A stretch of DNA of 64,000 bases from Savitreella phatthalungensis (GCA_051599415.1 AP039693.1:372001-436000); one strand, 5' to 3'. Numbered from the stretch's first letter, positions 32,020 through 43,912 are shown. Notes: generated by a model from the sequence alone, not told the origin. Translations and numbers: made by a program.

Positions 32020-32709
32020 ATGGCGGACATTCCCGTGTTTATCGACAGCGATGAGACCTCAAGCGAACGCAGGGTCTCACCATCATGGTCGCTAGCCACC
32101 TTCAAGCAGAAGATGTGGCCGATCACGGGAATTCCTCCAGACTGCCAAATTCTTTCACTACCAGGATCATATGACGATGAGACATTACTAGAGTCCTTTG
32201 AGCTTGAAGCATATACGGCGATTCGCATCAGCGATACTCGGCCAAAGGGATCGCGGCCAAACTACACGGATGACAGTAACGTTGACAAGTACGAGCTGTC
32301 AACAGCGGAGTACGAAGAGAGAACGGATTCTGTTCTGGCGTACAAGAAGCGCCATCAGCTGGGCCGTTTCAATCCTGATCTACAGGCCCGCGAGGAGGCT
32401 GCCTTACGTGACCTCCAGTCTGGCGGCGTTGTGGTAGGTGCTCGGTGTAAGGTGGATGGCGATGCTGGCAGGCTCGGCACTGTCGCCTTTGTCGGTCACG
32501 TACCGGAGATTCCAGCAGGCGGAGGTTTGTGGATCGGCGTGGTATACGATGAGCCAGTGGGGAAGAACGACGGTTCTATCAACGGCACGAGATACTTTCA
32601 AACCAAGCCCAACCACGGAGGATTTCTCAGACCCGGAAAGGTACTGGTCGGCGACTTTCCACCAATCGACATCGAGGACGAGCTAATGGATAGCGAGGAC
32701 GAGGTGTGA
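32020..32709 (+). CDS. ALF1: Tubulin-folding cofactor B (Ubl plus CAP-Gly; Alf1/Alp11/TBCB)
   Basis: SERRVSPSW, ITGIPP, YEERTDSVLAYKKR..LGRF and the CAP-Gly motif WIGVVYDEPVGKNDGS. ATG at 32020. Confidence 0.95.
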   Translation: MADIPVFIDSDETSSERRVSPSWSLATFKQKMWPITGIPPDCQILSLPGSYDDETLLESFELEAYTAIRISDTRPKGSRPNYTDDSNVDKYELSTAEYEERTDSVLAYKKRHQLGRFNPDLQAREEAALRDLQSGGVVVGARCKVDGDAGRLGTVAFVGHVPEIPAGGGLWIGVVYDEPVGKNDGSINGTRYFQTKPNHGGFLRPGKVLVGDFPPIDIEDELMDSEDEV

Positions 32710-32877
32710 AGCCCGCGCTCCATGTATTCTGCTCACGTACATCTCTTATGCTATTACTCAATTAATCGATGATCAGAATGACAGATGAACCGGAGGACGA
32801 GACATGTCAATCGTGAAATTTTCCCTTGCAGACACACATCTGTGCATCAATCTGCTCAATTTCAGACGAACACGCTT

Positions 32878-32978
32878 TGTGTGTAAGTGTGTGTGTAAGT
32901 GTGTGTGTGTGTGTGCGTATGTGTGTGTGTGTGTGTGTGTATATGCATATGTACGTGCATATGTGCATACGTGCGTAT
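32878..32978. repeat. (GT)n / alternating purine-pyrimidine microsatellite
   Basis: About 100 bp of gtgt, gtat and gcat alternation. Confidence 0.9.
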
Positions 32979-33400
32979 GGTTCAATTCAGCGTCACCATC
33001 ACACTCGTAACTGGGTTACACCACTGCAAAACACCATACCGCGTATCAGGAAAAGGAATAAAACATTGACCTGAGCCAAAACCTTCAAGTGAGTGAAGGG
33101 TGGGAGCTTTGATCACAGATTCAATCATATCTGTAGCTACGTCAATCTGAGCTTAGCAAACTCAAACAGCCCTTCCATACGTATTCAGCTCACTCTGAAG
33201 CGCGGCCTACAGACTCTATCGAATTTCTCCATCGTAGCAACATTTCTGTGTTTGCAAGTTCCCGTCTACAGCGTGTCTCTCAGCTCTCAGTCTGCAAAGC
33301 GCAATTGACTCATCTATTTTCAGAGACGTGGGAAAGCCGCAACGCCCTCAGTCCCGATTGCAAGGTTTCTCGTCAGGCCCGTTGATCTAGGAATCGTTCA

Positions 33401-36400
33401 ATGCCTGCAGTCACTAAGCAGCGTGGCTCGAAGCACGCAGAGACGCCATACTCTCGCAAAGCACGGCCTTCAGCACGAAAGGTGAGGCTGCCATCATTCA
33501 TTGGAAAGTTTCAAGAAAGAGCACTAACCCTAAAAAGACTGACGAGGACGTAAATCTCCTAGCCCAACAACCAGAGGGTGGTCTTCTCAAGAAAGCTGCA
33601 CAGGGGCTGTCTTCCATTTTTGGCTGGGTCTGGTCAACCACAGAACAGCGTCTGCCATCTCTTGTCGAGCAAGGAGCTGCACAAATTAGGCGGCATCAAC
33701 CACAGCGTAGTGATCTCAGTCAGCTTGAAGATGGCGTCCGCAAGCAGGCGCACAAACGCTCAGAGAGTCTCCTGGCGCCAGATCTTGTACCGCATTATCT
33801 CGGTAAGACGCCGAAGGTAGTTCGTCAACGACGCCAATCGGAAATGCGTCACGCAGAAGAGGAAGAGAATGACGACAAGCCTACGCAGCCGAACTTCCAG
33901 GTACCCAAGTTCGACGCTTCACAGTTCAAGCTTCCAGTCCTGCCAAGTCCACCACAGGCACAGGCCTCTTCCACCACGCGCGGCCGAGTGCTGACTCGGC
34001 AGGACAACTCCATCACATCTCTCGAGATCAGCGCGGATTCGCAAACACGCAAAGACAGGGAAACTCTCTCGTGGCTTGCGCAGCACAACATCAGGCCGGA
34101 AGACCTTTCAGCCGGCTTGGTGCATGATATCGATACTGATGATCACGCAAAGCTGGATGCCATCATGCGCGATGCCGGCTTCTTTCGCAGGCACGGCTTA
34201 TATCCTCCGATTGTGAATGACCGGAGCAGGTCGCGTCCCAGGGCCGTGCCCGACACCGCTGATACAGGTGTAATGAGCGTCGACACGGCAACAAACGATC
34301 GAGCTCCTGCACGGCGCGTCAGCTCTAAGAATTGGCAGACAAAGTCGAGCGCGGGCATCATTTCTGCTTGGCGCGATGTTTGTCAAGCGCAGAGCGAACA
34401 GTCACGTGCTCGAGCTATACAGCCGACCGTCTGGCATAGCAACGTCTCTTTCACCGGCAAGCAGCGTCCTGCCTCATCTGCACGAATCACAAGCGGCGGA
34501 GCCGAAGAACAGGTTCGTCGACGTGCACAAGATGCTGCCCAGCGATACTGGAATCCAATTGACAGATTTCCAGCAGGACAAAAACAGGATAACTCGGACA
34601 TCGATATGCACAGCGTTGTGTCGTTGCGCGACCTTGTCAAACCACGCGGTGCTTCTAGACATTCCCGACAGGCGAGCCTCGCTAGAAGATCTGTTGCCGA
34701 TCTGAGGGGGGAAAGCCAGCGCGACATCGAAGTCCCTATTGCGTCTGGAACTCCTCACAGGCAGCCACAGCGCGCAGCTTCCCGCCAACACACACCTGCC
34801 GGAAGCGTCGCGTCCCAGCGACGACCACGTTCACTGTCTCGTGCAGGCAGCCGTGCGCAATTGCGCGAGCAATCTCAGCAACCGCCTCTCCCGACGCCAC
34901 AGCAACAAAATCAGCGCTTGGAAGAGAAGCCACCGATGGTGACAGCAGAGGTACAGACAGAGGACGAAGTGACGGCCTTCCTGAATGATACCGGACCGGC
35001 TGTCTCGACAACACCGACTGTGACAAAAGATCGACGCAAACGTCCTGGCTGCTTCTCGGCCCTTGACGAAGACATGGAAGAGCGCTTCGGTCCATATTCC
35101 GATGTGCCTACGAAGAGAAGCCGCCTCGGGCCGTCTGCACAGGCAGACGATGATGATAATGAAGATTTTGCTCTTCTGCCCAGGCAACCACTCATCCGCG
35201 ATGACACCATCCGCAAACTTCGACAGCAGGAGCAACGCGAACTAGAAGCCCTAGCTAGCAAGCAGGGCACGCCGATTAGCATCACCAATATCGGCGGTAT
35301 CGGCGGTATCGGCAGCGGACAATTCAATTTCGGTGCCAAGCCGGTGATGGAGTCAACACCAGCGATGGCAAAGACATCAGCTCCCAGAAAAGAAGATTTA
35401 GTTGATCTGTCTGACAAACCGGCTCCTTCATTCAACTTCGCAGCGCCAGCAACTGGCAATGATGGATCGAAGGCGAGCACGCCCACTTTCTCTTTCGGCG
35501 CAAATAAAAGTGACGCCAATTCGACGATTGCGGACGGGCAGAAGCCCTCCATTCTGGCGTCTGCGAGCAAGAATGACCTCGCATCTCAGTCTGCTCCGCA
35601 GACCGGGTTCGGAAGTGGAGCGACAGCTGTCGTTGGGAGTGCAACTGGTGGCTTCTCTTTCGGCAAAACTCAGGAGCAGACACAGGCTGCTGACAAGCTT
35701 GTGGTCAGCACACCAGCATTCAATTTTGGGCCGAAGGCTGCAACATCTGCACCTGATGCTTCGAAGCCATTCACTTTCGCTACACAAGCTGGCAAGACAG
35801 ATGACGAACCGACGCAGAAGCCCGCGTCATCGGGCTTCTCCTTCGGCTCGACCGCAGGGAATCCCTTGTCTGCTGCAGTCCCGGCACAACAAAGTTCGGG
35901 CTTTTCCTTCGGCGTCTCTGCCAAGAAGCCTGCTGAAACTCCTGGGGCTGATGTGACTAAGCCAGCAGCTTTCAAATTTGGTACAACCAGTGCGGCGACA
36001 TCTGACAATGCAGACAAACCTACCAGTGGTTTTCTCAGCCAAAAGCCTGAAACAGAAAAGCCGGTATCGAGCACGACTGTTCCAAGCTTCTCATTCGGAG
36101 CCAAATCGTCCGAATCTGCCAACGGCCCGTCAAAATCTGCTGAGGGTTCGATGAAGGCCGATGTTGCTGCCGAGAAGCCCTCTGGTGGCTTCAGCTTCGA
36201 TGCGCCGGCCAAGGCAGACCCACCTGCTTTCACGGGATTCGGTTCGTCTTCATCGATTCCTGCCTTTGGCTCCGGAGCACCTGCGCCTTCCACCGAGAAG
36301 CCAGCGACGTCGGGATTCACGTTCGGTAGCAATCAACAAGCAACAACAGCTCCTGCGTCCGCTCCCGGGGACCAAGCAGCATCGACGCCGGCCTTTGGTG

Positions 36401-37392
36401 AGAAGGCGGCCCCAAAACCGATGTCATCGACTACTCCTTTCGGCGCGACCTCGGCGGCTCCTGCAAGCGGTTTCTCGTTCGGAAGCACATCTAACAATGC
36501 CACGTCTGGCTTTAGTGGTCTTGGCGGTGCGAACAGTGCCACAACGAGCTTCGGCAATGCGCCAGCCAAGAGCGATGGTGCAGAAAAGCCTGCGGCCCCA
36601 TCAGGCTTCAGCTTCGGCAGCACAAGCTCATCGGCACAGCCTGCCGCCAACGCATCAAAGGATGCTGACAGCAACGTGTTTGGCAGCACAGCTCAGAGCA
36701 GTGCTACGCCTGCCTTCTCGTTCGGTCAAAGCGCTCAAGGTGGCAATGCACCGTCTGGCGGGCCAGCGTTCTCCTTTGGAAATAGCAACACCGCCCTGAG
36801 CAAGCCTGTCTCTGCTCCTGTGTTCGGCGGCAACTCCGGCTCGACCGGACCGGCACCTGCATTCGGTGCTGCAGCGCCATCGACGGCTTCTACAGCGACG
36901 CCTGCTTTCTCCTTCGGCAGTAGCACACAACAGCCACCTGCGCAAGCACAGAACAGCACCAGCAGCGGCTTCAGCTTCCCGAATAACTTTTCTGCACAAG
37001 GTCAAACGCAACCACAGCCTGCTTCAGCTTCGGCGGGAAGCGTCTTTGGCAGCAGCGGTGCCGGACAGAGTACCGGCACGACTGGCAACAGTGGCGGCAC
37101 CTCTGGATTCACATTCAACTTCGGAGGCAACAATGGCCAGCAGCAGTCACAGCCTAATGGAGGGAGTGCACCTGCGTTTGGCGGCTTCGGCGCCGGTGTA
37201 GGAGCCCCAAACAGTGCTCCTTTGAGCCCCGCCATCAACGCTGGTCCGCAGGATGGCAGCAACATCTTCTCGTTCAACAGCGGCGCACAAAATTCTCCTG
37301 CCACAGCGTCCGGCGTAGCGCCGGGCACAGGTGCACAGGGGCGTAAGATAGCACAGCCACGAAGCCGGCGATCGCGAACGGCAGGTAGATGA
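33401..37392 (+). CDS. NUP1: FxFG nuclear-basket nucleoporin, Nup1/Nup124/Nup153 type (2 exons)
   Basis: Many FSFG/FTFG/PAFG repeats and a C-terminal GRKIAQPRSRR motif. Exon 1 (33401-33481) splices via intron 33482-33537 (gtgagg..ctaac..aag) into the frame of the 33844 ORF. Confidence 0.85.
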
Positions 37393-37505
37393 CAAGGATC
37401 TCTGTCTAGCACAGGATGAGTGGGAAGGAGGCAACAAAATGATTGAAACGATACGCATGCGCCTGATAAATAAATGAGTAGTATCGTATGCTGATGCTGA
37501 CACAT

Positions 37506-38180
37506 TCAGCGGTTGAGGTACCAGAAGCTCGTGTTGAGATAAGTGGCGAATGCCGTCCAGCCCAAATAGGCTGTTGCAGCAACTTGCGGAAGGTACGCGG
37601 AAATCGTTGTGACTGGACCTGACGATGGTGTCAGCTGAGCGACAGCAGCCCTGGTCCACGCACTCCAAAGAGGGAGCAAACCAAGAGAAAGCGTGGCGAG
37701 CAATCCCGCAATATCAATGACTGCCGCTCCAGCCCGATCGAGTCCGAAATTGATCGGCATCCAGGCAAAGTTTAGAGCAAGCGAGAGCGCGTACAACCCA
37801 CGTGCACCTTCCCTCGACAGTCCAACACTCCTGGCGGCTTCAGCAGACGTCAACGGCCCTACCTCGGAACCGAGCGTCAACCAGGCGGCATAGCCCGTCG
37901 ACAGATAGATCGCCGTCCACACAGGTCCGAACGCCCACCTGGGCGGCCTGATTGCAGGTCCTCTCGCATACGGAACGATCGGTCTACCGTCAAACGTCTT
38001 GGCCCTCACTGCCCCAGCCCCAGCAGCAGCAGTATACTTCGCCCGGACCTGCGATCGAGTACTCCAACCAATCAACCCACCAACGCACACAGGCACCAGC
38101 AGCGACACTGGCAGCGAGTCATAGAAGAAAGATGGCAAAGCGAGCTGTCGCAACACGCTGTCGGCAGAAGACAGCGACAT
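37506..38180 (-). CDS. TSPO: TspO/MBR family translocator protein
   Basis: RPPRWAFGPVWT.IY...GYAAWL, LNFAWMPINFG and AYLGW..FATYLN. Confidence 0.92.
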   Translation of the reverse strand: MSLSSADSVLRQLALPSFFYDSLPVSLLVPVCVGGLIGWSTRSQVRAKYTAAAGAGAVRAKTFDGRPIVPYARGPAIRPPRWAFGPVWTAIYLSTGYAAWLTLGSEVGPLTSAEAARSVGLSREGARGLYALSLALNFAWMPINFGLDRAGAAVIDIAGLLATLSLGLLPLWSAWTRAAVAQLTPSSGPVTTISAYLPQVAATAYLGWTAFATYLNTSFWYLNR

Positions 38181-38586
38181 TTCCGGGAGGGTGAAGGGAG
38201 TTTGGAGCAGGTTGTGATGTTGTGGTCAGGGTTGTGTAGGTGTGTGTGGTTGCGGACTTGAATTGAGGTTTGGTATCATTGTGGTACGTCAGCGGGGTAT
38301 GAAACAGGAATGCGTGATTTTGGATTTTCCGGAACAACGTACTTGACAGGCTGCAGGATGCAAGATGAGAGCCGAGAAAAGGAAAAGTATATCTGGTAAG
38401 GTCGCTGCTTGGTGGAGACACACTCGGACGAGACGTCGGATGAAGAGTAAAGGTTCAATTGACTATGGCTTGAGCTGAGCTGAGCTTGTGAGAATAAAAG
38501 ATACAAAAACGGTTTGACTCGCTCCTCAGCATGGCTATAGACATTCAGAGGAATCCAAAGTGTCTGTCGTTTGATGCTCACCCGAG

Positions 38587-39306
38587 CTACAGGTCTTGTG
38601 CTGGAATCGGCTTGTGACCGATAGTGCCGTCGGCGGATGAGACTCCTGGGATGCCGTTCTCTGAGGCTTTGAGTGCTGCGACTTCGTCAGCAGTCAGGAA
38701 GCGACCTCCAGGTCCACGAGGTCTGCGCATCGCGTGCTTGTGCCGGGACTCGTGCAGATACGGTTTCCGGTGGCGGGCGGCGCGTGCGGATTCTTCGAGT
38801 TTTGCCCGAGCTTGCCGCCGTTTGAGGATCCGGTGATACTGCTTCGCATTCACAAAGAGTGGTTCGTCGTCGTTGCCACCACCAGCAGCATGTGATGGTG
38901 GGGCGCCGGCGACCCCGTGTCCGGAGGGATTTCCTCCGGCATGGTGTTGCTGCTGCTGCTGTGGCTGTGAGACGTGTGAATGTTGGTGCTGAGACGGCAT
39001 ACCCGGGTGACCGCCGTAGTGTGATCCTTGACCTGGTGGTGGTAGGCCGGAGAACGGTGGACCCATCTGAGCGTGTCTGTATCCCGCAGGCCCGCCCTGG
39101 CTTCCAGGCGGTAAGCTCCCTGCACCGCCGGCACCGATCGACCCATTGCGTGTGTAATCGTACCCGCCTGGACCACCCTGTGCGCCATCCTGCGCGCCGC
39201 CGGCTCCTACTGCTCCAGCGCCAGCAGCCTGTCCAGCCCCATACGGTCCCGTTCGAGGAGGCGCGTAGCGAGGATCGTAATTCTGGTAGTTCTGATACAT
39301 GTCCAT
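38587..39306 (-). CDS. HAP2: CCAAT-binding complex subunit Hap2/Php2/HapB (NF-YA)
   Basis: [24 protein letters not shown]...[26 protein letters not shown]. Confidence 0.97.
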   Translation of the reverse strand: MDMYQNYQNYDPRYAPPRTGPYGAGQAAGAGAVGAGGAQDGAQGGPGGYDYTRNGSIGAGGAGSLPPGSQGGPAGYRHAQMGPPFSGLPPPGQGSHYGGHPGMPSQHQHSHVSQPQQQQQHHAGGNPSGHGVAGAPPSHAAGGGNDDEPLFVNAKQYHRILKRRQARAKLEESARAARHRKPYLHESRHKHAMRRPRGPGGRFLTADEVAALKASENGIPGVSSADGTIGHKPIPAQDL

Positions 39307-40296
39307 GATGGCGTCAAGAAGAAGAGACTCACAGGACTAGTCGCCGAAGAATGGAGAATTGAGTGTTCGCGCCGGCAGTTACTGGTGTCGCGTCTGGTAA
39401 TTTTGGTGATCGGAGGAAAGGTTGACGCGCGATTTAAAAGGCTATGCAGCGACTTGACACGAGCAAAAGAGCACGATGATGTCTTGGAGCGCCAGGCGAT
39501 ATACAAGCGGCGTGCTACCGCAGTAGAAAATTAGTATACCGTTGAGGACCGCGCTTGACCTCGACAGGCAGACAGTAAGTATGGTTGGAGGCTTTTGTTG
39601 ATCGGCTCTAAAGTCTATCCGGGAGAATCAACGTGGATCGATCGAACGAGTACAAATAATTAATTGAAGTATGAGAAGTACAGCGTGTATGATAAATCCA
39701 CAACGGAATACTATCTGGTTCTTACAGTGCGCACTTAAAACCGTGCTTCAGATTTAATAAAATTCTGAATCTAAAATAGATGAGATCAATTCAAATGATA
39801 GAATTGCTCTAAACATGTGCTCTGATATGGTGTATGGGACAGTGAATTCGATCGATCCGATGTCTAATTCAATGGATCCAGTCGAGTGTGTATTCTTCAG
39901 CACTGGCCAAAGGATAGATAATACATCGCATAACAAAAAGTGCACGTTACACCCGTCCCCATCTCTTCCTCCTCTCCCTCCCGTCTTCGACTTCTCCTCC
40001 ATCTCACTCTTTCTCTTTTCCTCTCACACGTAGGAAGCTGAGTAGCAGTATCCCTTGGACGCAACAGAGTCAAGGCATCACCATTCAATTTCACGGGGAA
40101 ACGCGAATCTGACGGCCTGTCTCGTGCTCGATCTGTCAATCGGTTTCGACCCGCGTTGTAAAACATACAGAATCGGCCCTCAAGCATTTGGCTCGTAAAG
40201 TTCTGTGTAAAAGAGAAGCAAGCTTATAGATCTCAGAGCTCCACGAGCATTGGCTCGGCCAAAGTCCTACCCGTCCACGCTCTCTCAAACGTATAG

Positions 40297-40331
40297 AAGC
40301 AGCAGCAGGAGCAGAAGCAGAAGCAGAAGCA
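40297..40331. repeat. (GCAGAA)n-type short tandem repeat
   Basis: aagcagcagcaggagcagaagcagaagcagaagca, upstream of RPB4. Confidence 0.6.
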
Positions 40332-40419
40332 TCTCAAAATCGATCGGTCGGTGACCATCAAAAGCGGCAGGGACAGCTTGCTCGCCAGGGGAAAAACTAA
40401 TCTATATACTCACTCACCC

Positions 40420-40953
40420 ATGAGTGCACCACCGACGGAACGGCGGCTAGCCCGAGGTCAGCATCGAGAAGAGCTGGATGCATCGGTGTTGAAGCTGGGT
40501 GAGGTATTTGGGCATGTGGATGCTGCGATGACGATGTCAGAGGCTGCTTTGATTGTGAATGCGATCCGGGAGCGTCGAGGGCAGTCGACGATGGGCAGTC
40601 GACCGGGAGAGATGGGTGTAGTGGGTGGAGGTAGCGGTGACGGGCTGAACAATAAGCAGCAACAGCAGCAACAGCGCGGTAACGAGCCGCCGACGACAGA
40701 AGCCATGCGCAAGACGCTCGAATACCTCGACGTCTTTGTCAAGTTCCGCACAGAGGCAGCCACTCGCCATGTCGAGTCTCTCCTGTCACGTGCACAGGGG
40801 CTTCACCCTTTCGAACGCGCACAGTTGGGAACTCTGTGTCCGGAAGAAGCTGAAGAGGCCAAGACGTTGATCCCCTCTTTAGGCCCGAAGGTCGACGACG
40901 ACGATCTTCAGATACTCCTTGACGAAGTCAACGAGATGCGTCGTTTCGCATAG
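40420..40953 (+). CDS. RPB4: RNA polymerase II subunit Rpb4
   Basis: EELDASVLKLGEVF, MSEA, KTLEYLDVF and LHPFERAQLGTLCPEEAEEAKTLIPSL. ATG at 40420. Confidence 0.95.
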   Translation: MSAPPTERRLARGQHREELDASVLKLGEVFGHVDAAMTMSEAALIVNAIRERRGQSTMGSRPGEMGVVGGGSGDGLNNKQQQQQQRGNEPPTTEAMRKTLEYLDVFVKFRTEAATRHVESLLSRAQGLHPFERAQLGTLCPEEAEEAKTLIPSLGPKVDDDDLQILLDEVNEMRRFA

Positions 40954-41195
40954 ACCTGTCAATCCTGAGTCTTCGCGACTCAGAGGTCCGAAGCATGCAA
41001 ATGACACCTTTGTAAATGTACCTACCACACAGCAAAAGATCAATCGCGCGAAAAAGCACCCCAGCACCCACCTCCATTTCAAACTCCATCACCACGTCTT
41101 TCACACATACACACAGATAGCCATCGTGATAGGCATGCATTACCGGCATAGCGTTGTACAAATTGTGCGTGACTGCTCCGTCTCTCCTGTCCTTC

Positions 41196-42227
41196 TTAGT
41201 AGTCTGCCGCCCATCCGTTCTCCTGCAGGAAGGACTCTACGACCTCGCGCAGGTTCAGGTTTGGGACTAGGTTCCTGCCGAGCATCGGCTCCCTCGTGAG
41301 TGGATCGAAGGGGTGATGTCTGAGATGTTCAAGGATGGCTTGTCGATCAAAAGACCTACCTGACTTTGACACCACAGGGTCGACCATGATCTGCAGTGAG
41401 ATCGGACAGATCAAGTGGTCAGGCACGTCGCGTTTCCGAGCGCGCTCATCCGATCGCGACAACAACCCGTCCAGGTACCGCAACGTCTCATCCGACTCAT
41501 CTCGCACATCACGAGCCTCCTCGGACGATACGGTCGATAGCAGCCTCTCCCGGTCGTTCTCCACAAGTCTGCGGAGCCGGGTGGCCAAGACGGCCTCTTC
41601 TGCAATGCGATCACGCTCGCTGCGCTCCCACCGTTTCCGCCTGGCCTCGAGCACAAGTTCGAGGACGTCGCTTGCTTTCGGGTTGGCTTGGCGGACAGCT
41701 GCGCGGTACGATTTCGTCAGACTGGTGTATGCTGCGTGAGGGCGATCGAGCTTGAGGAGCGCGATCCCTGCATACCACCCTGCCTTCATGAACACCAGCT
41801 CGTCCTTGGATGCCGGGTCTGCTGCAGGCGCAGGCACAGGCATCGTCTTTGCGCCAGTCATCGGGTTGATGTCAATCCCGCCAGACGACCTCACCCCCGG
41901 CACATCAGAATCCAGACCCACACCCTCACCATCCACAGTCGTTCGCAATCCTTCCGTCGCGCGCTCGCAGTCCGCTAGAACTTCCTCGTAGGCGTCTCGA
42001 TCAGTCTGGTCGGTGGCGACCTGTGCCGCGAACGTTCGTGTCAGGGCGTCGTCTCCACCTTGGAGTTTGAGTCTTGCGATCGCGCGGTTGGTGAAATATG
42101 CTGGTGTCCGCCCATTCGATTTCCGAATTGCGATCGTGTACGATGCGACCGCTTTCGCGTACGCGCCCTGCTTGAAAGCAGCGTTGCCGTCAAGCTTGTG
42201 AGCCTCCGCGCTCTTCAGCTCGGCCAT
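41196..42227 (-). CDS. STUB1: TPR plus U-box E3 ubiquitin ligase CHIP
   Basis: N-terminal TPR (K..GN..FK.G.Y..A...Y, YFTNRA), a coiled coil and the U-box VPDHLICPIS..IM.DPV...DPLTRE..LVPN..L...FL.ENGWA.DY. Confidence 0.92.
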   Translation of the reverse strand: MAELKSAEAHKLDGNAAFKQGAYAKAVASYTIAIRKSNGRTPAYFTNRAIARLKLQGGDDALTRTFAAQVATDQTDRDAYEEVLADCERATEGLRTTVDGEGVGLDSDVPGVRSSGGIDINPMTGAKTMPVPAPAADPASKDELVFMKAGWYAGIALLKLDRPHAAYTSLTKSYRAAVRQANPKASDVLELVLEARRKRWERSERDRIAEEAVLATRLRRLVENDRERLLSTVSSEEARDVRDESDETLRYLDGLLSRSDERARKRDVPDHLICPISLQIMVDPVVSKSGRSFDRQAILEHLRHHPFDPLTREPMLGRNLVPNLNLREVVESFLQENGWAADY

Positions 42228-42892
42228 GTAGAGATAGGTATATAATATGCTGATATGGTACCTCGGATGCGACTATAGGGTTCTCATTGCAGCAATTGCA
42301 GCAATAAGTCGATCAATGTGTCTTAGACGGCGATATGACAATGTATCAGGTGAGCACGGATGATTGAGAACAGGAATCGATAGTACGGATGTCTTGTGCT
42401 GATGTGCTTGGCGTGTGGAGTATAGCTGTATGAGTCTGTACCAGGCCTGTGCTGACAAAAGAATGAAAATGACGCCACGTCAATATGGGAATCGAGAACT
42501 GCGGAAATTGAAAAAATCATCCAAGTTTCATACATTCTCGTTGCAGTATTTTTCCAACTCAACACTAACCTCTGACCGAACGTTCTCGAATGACATCTCT
42601 TCTTGTGTCAACAACAAATCCAATCGGATGTGGTCTATGACTCGTCAGGATCACGGATCGAAATTCACGCGATGTGGACTAGAGAACTTCCTTGTGTATG
42701 TCATTCATAGCTCTAGCTCGGTTTCGAGATAACATGTCCGAGAGAGACAGGGAGAGAAGTGCGAAAAGGTAGCACGGTGCATCACCGGAAGTGAAGTGAC
42801 CCGTATTACGCGATGCAATACCACATGAGACATCTGACAGATATCTGATGAGGTAGTAAGTGTGTACTCCACCGAACCGGTTTCGTTTTTTT

Positions 42893-43912
42893 TTAACGGT
42901 TGGAGCGGGCAACACGCTCACGCTCGTCGCAAGCCTTGATGGCAGACGAGTTGGACGATCCCTTGGAGGCGTTGATGAGCTCTTCAGCAAGGCACTCAGA
43001 GATGGTCTTGATGTTGCGGAACGAAGCCTCACGGGCACCGATCGTCAGGAGCGAAATGGCTGTGTTGACACGGCGGAGAGGTGAGACATCGACGGCCTGA
43101 CGGCGGACGGTACCAGACGAACCGATACGGGTGGAGTCTTCACGGACACCACAGTTGACGATGGCGTCAACGAGGACCTGGATCGGGTTCGAGTCTGTGA
43201 GAAGGTGGATGATGTCGAAGGCGTGCTTGACGATGCGGACTGCGAGCAACTTCTTGCCGTTGTTGCGACCGTTCATCATAAGCGAGTTGACGAGACGCTC
43301 GACGATGGGGCACTGTGCCTTACGGAAACGCTTGACAGAGTAGCGTCCGGCGGTGTGGGCAAGGTAGACCGGGTGGCGGAGCTGGATGTAGTCGACGAGG
43401 GAGATATCCTTAACCTCGACATCTGGGAAGAACGAGTCAGTTTAGCCCCTTCACTATACGTCCATCGGCGGCTAAGCTCTGGGTTTGTTCTTGGAAAGGA
43501 GTGAGTCTGGAGGGAGAAGCATGCACGTAACGTCTCATCAAGAGAAAGCGCGATCCGCCAAAAGAGTCATCGCGCTGGGCAGTCTTGTAAGAATTGTTGA
43601 GTAATTTCATCAACCCATCCTGAGGTCGCGCGGTAGAAGAAACTGCCTACTCTTTTGAACGAATCGATCAGACCTGAAGAGCCTTCTAAGCGTCGCGCGT
43701 GCATGCCTGATTTCCCAGAGTTTCACACCTCTAAGCACATATCACACGGGAAAGTAGCCGCCTAGGATCAGGGAAAAAAGTTAATTTGTTCACATACCAG
43801 AGTAGTCCCACTTGTTGAAGAGCTTGATGGTGCCGGCGTTGGCAAGGACGTCTGCCGGGAGGACGCCGTTGTTGACGGGTGCAGCGACCTGGGTCTCTCC
43901 GTTCTCAGACAT
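42893..43912 (-). CDS. RPS5: 40S ribosomal protein uS7 (Rps5), 2 exons
   Basis: [32 protein letters not shown] and [14 protein letters not shown]. Intron 43423-43797 (gtatgt..ctgac..cag). Confidence 0.97.

Noticed and set aside
32773..33074. His/Thr- and Cys/Val-rich ORFs
   Set aside because: Translation artefacts of the (GT)n microsatellite.
33524..33533. CTAACCCTAA, matching a TTAGGG-type telomerase RNA template
   Set aside because: It is the CTAAC branch point of the nucleoporin's first intron (33482-33537), flanked by in-frame coding exons.
34911..37668. Long antisense and alternative-frame ORFs over the nucleoporin (and similar ones over other genes)
   Set aside because: Shadow ORFs expected from GC-rich, low-complexity coding sequence.
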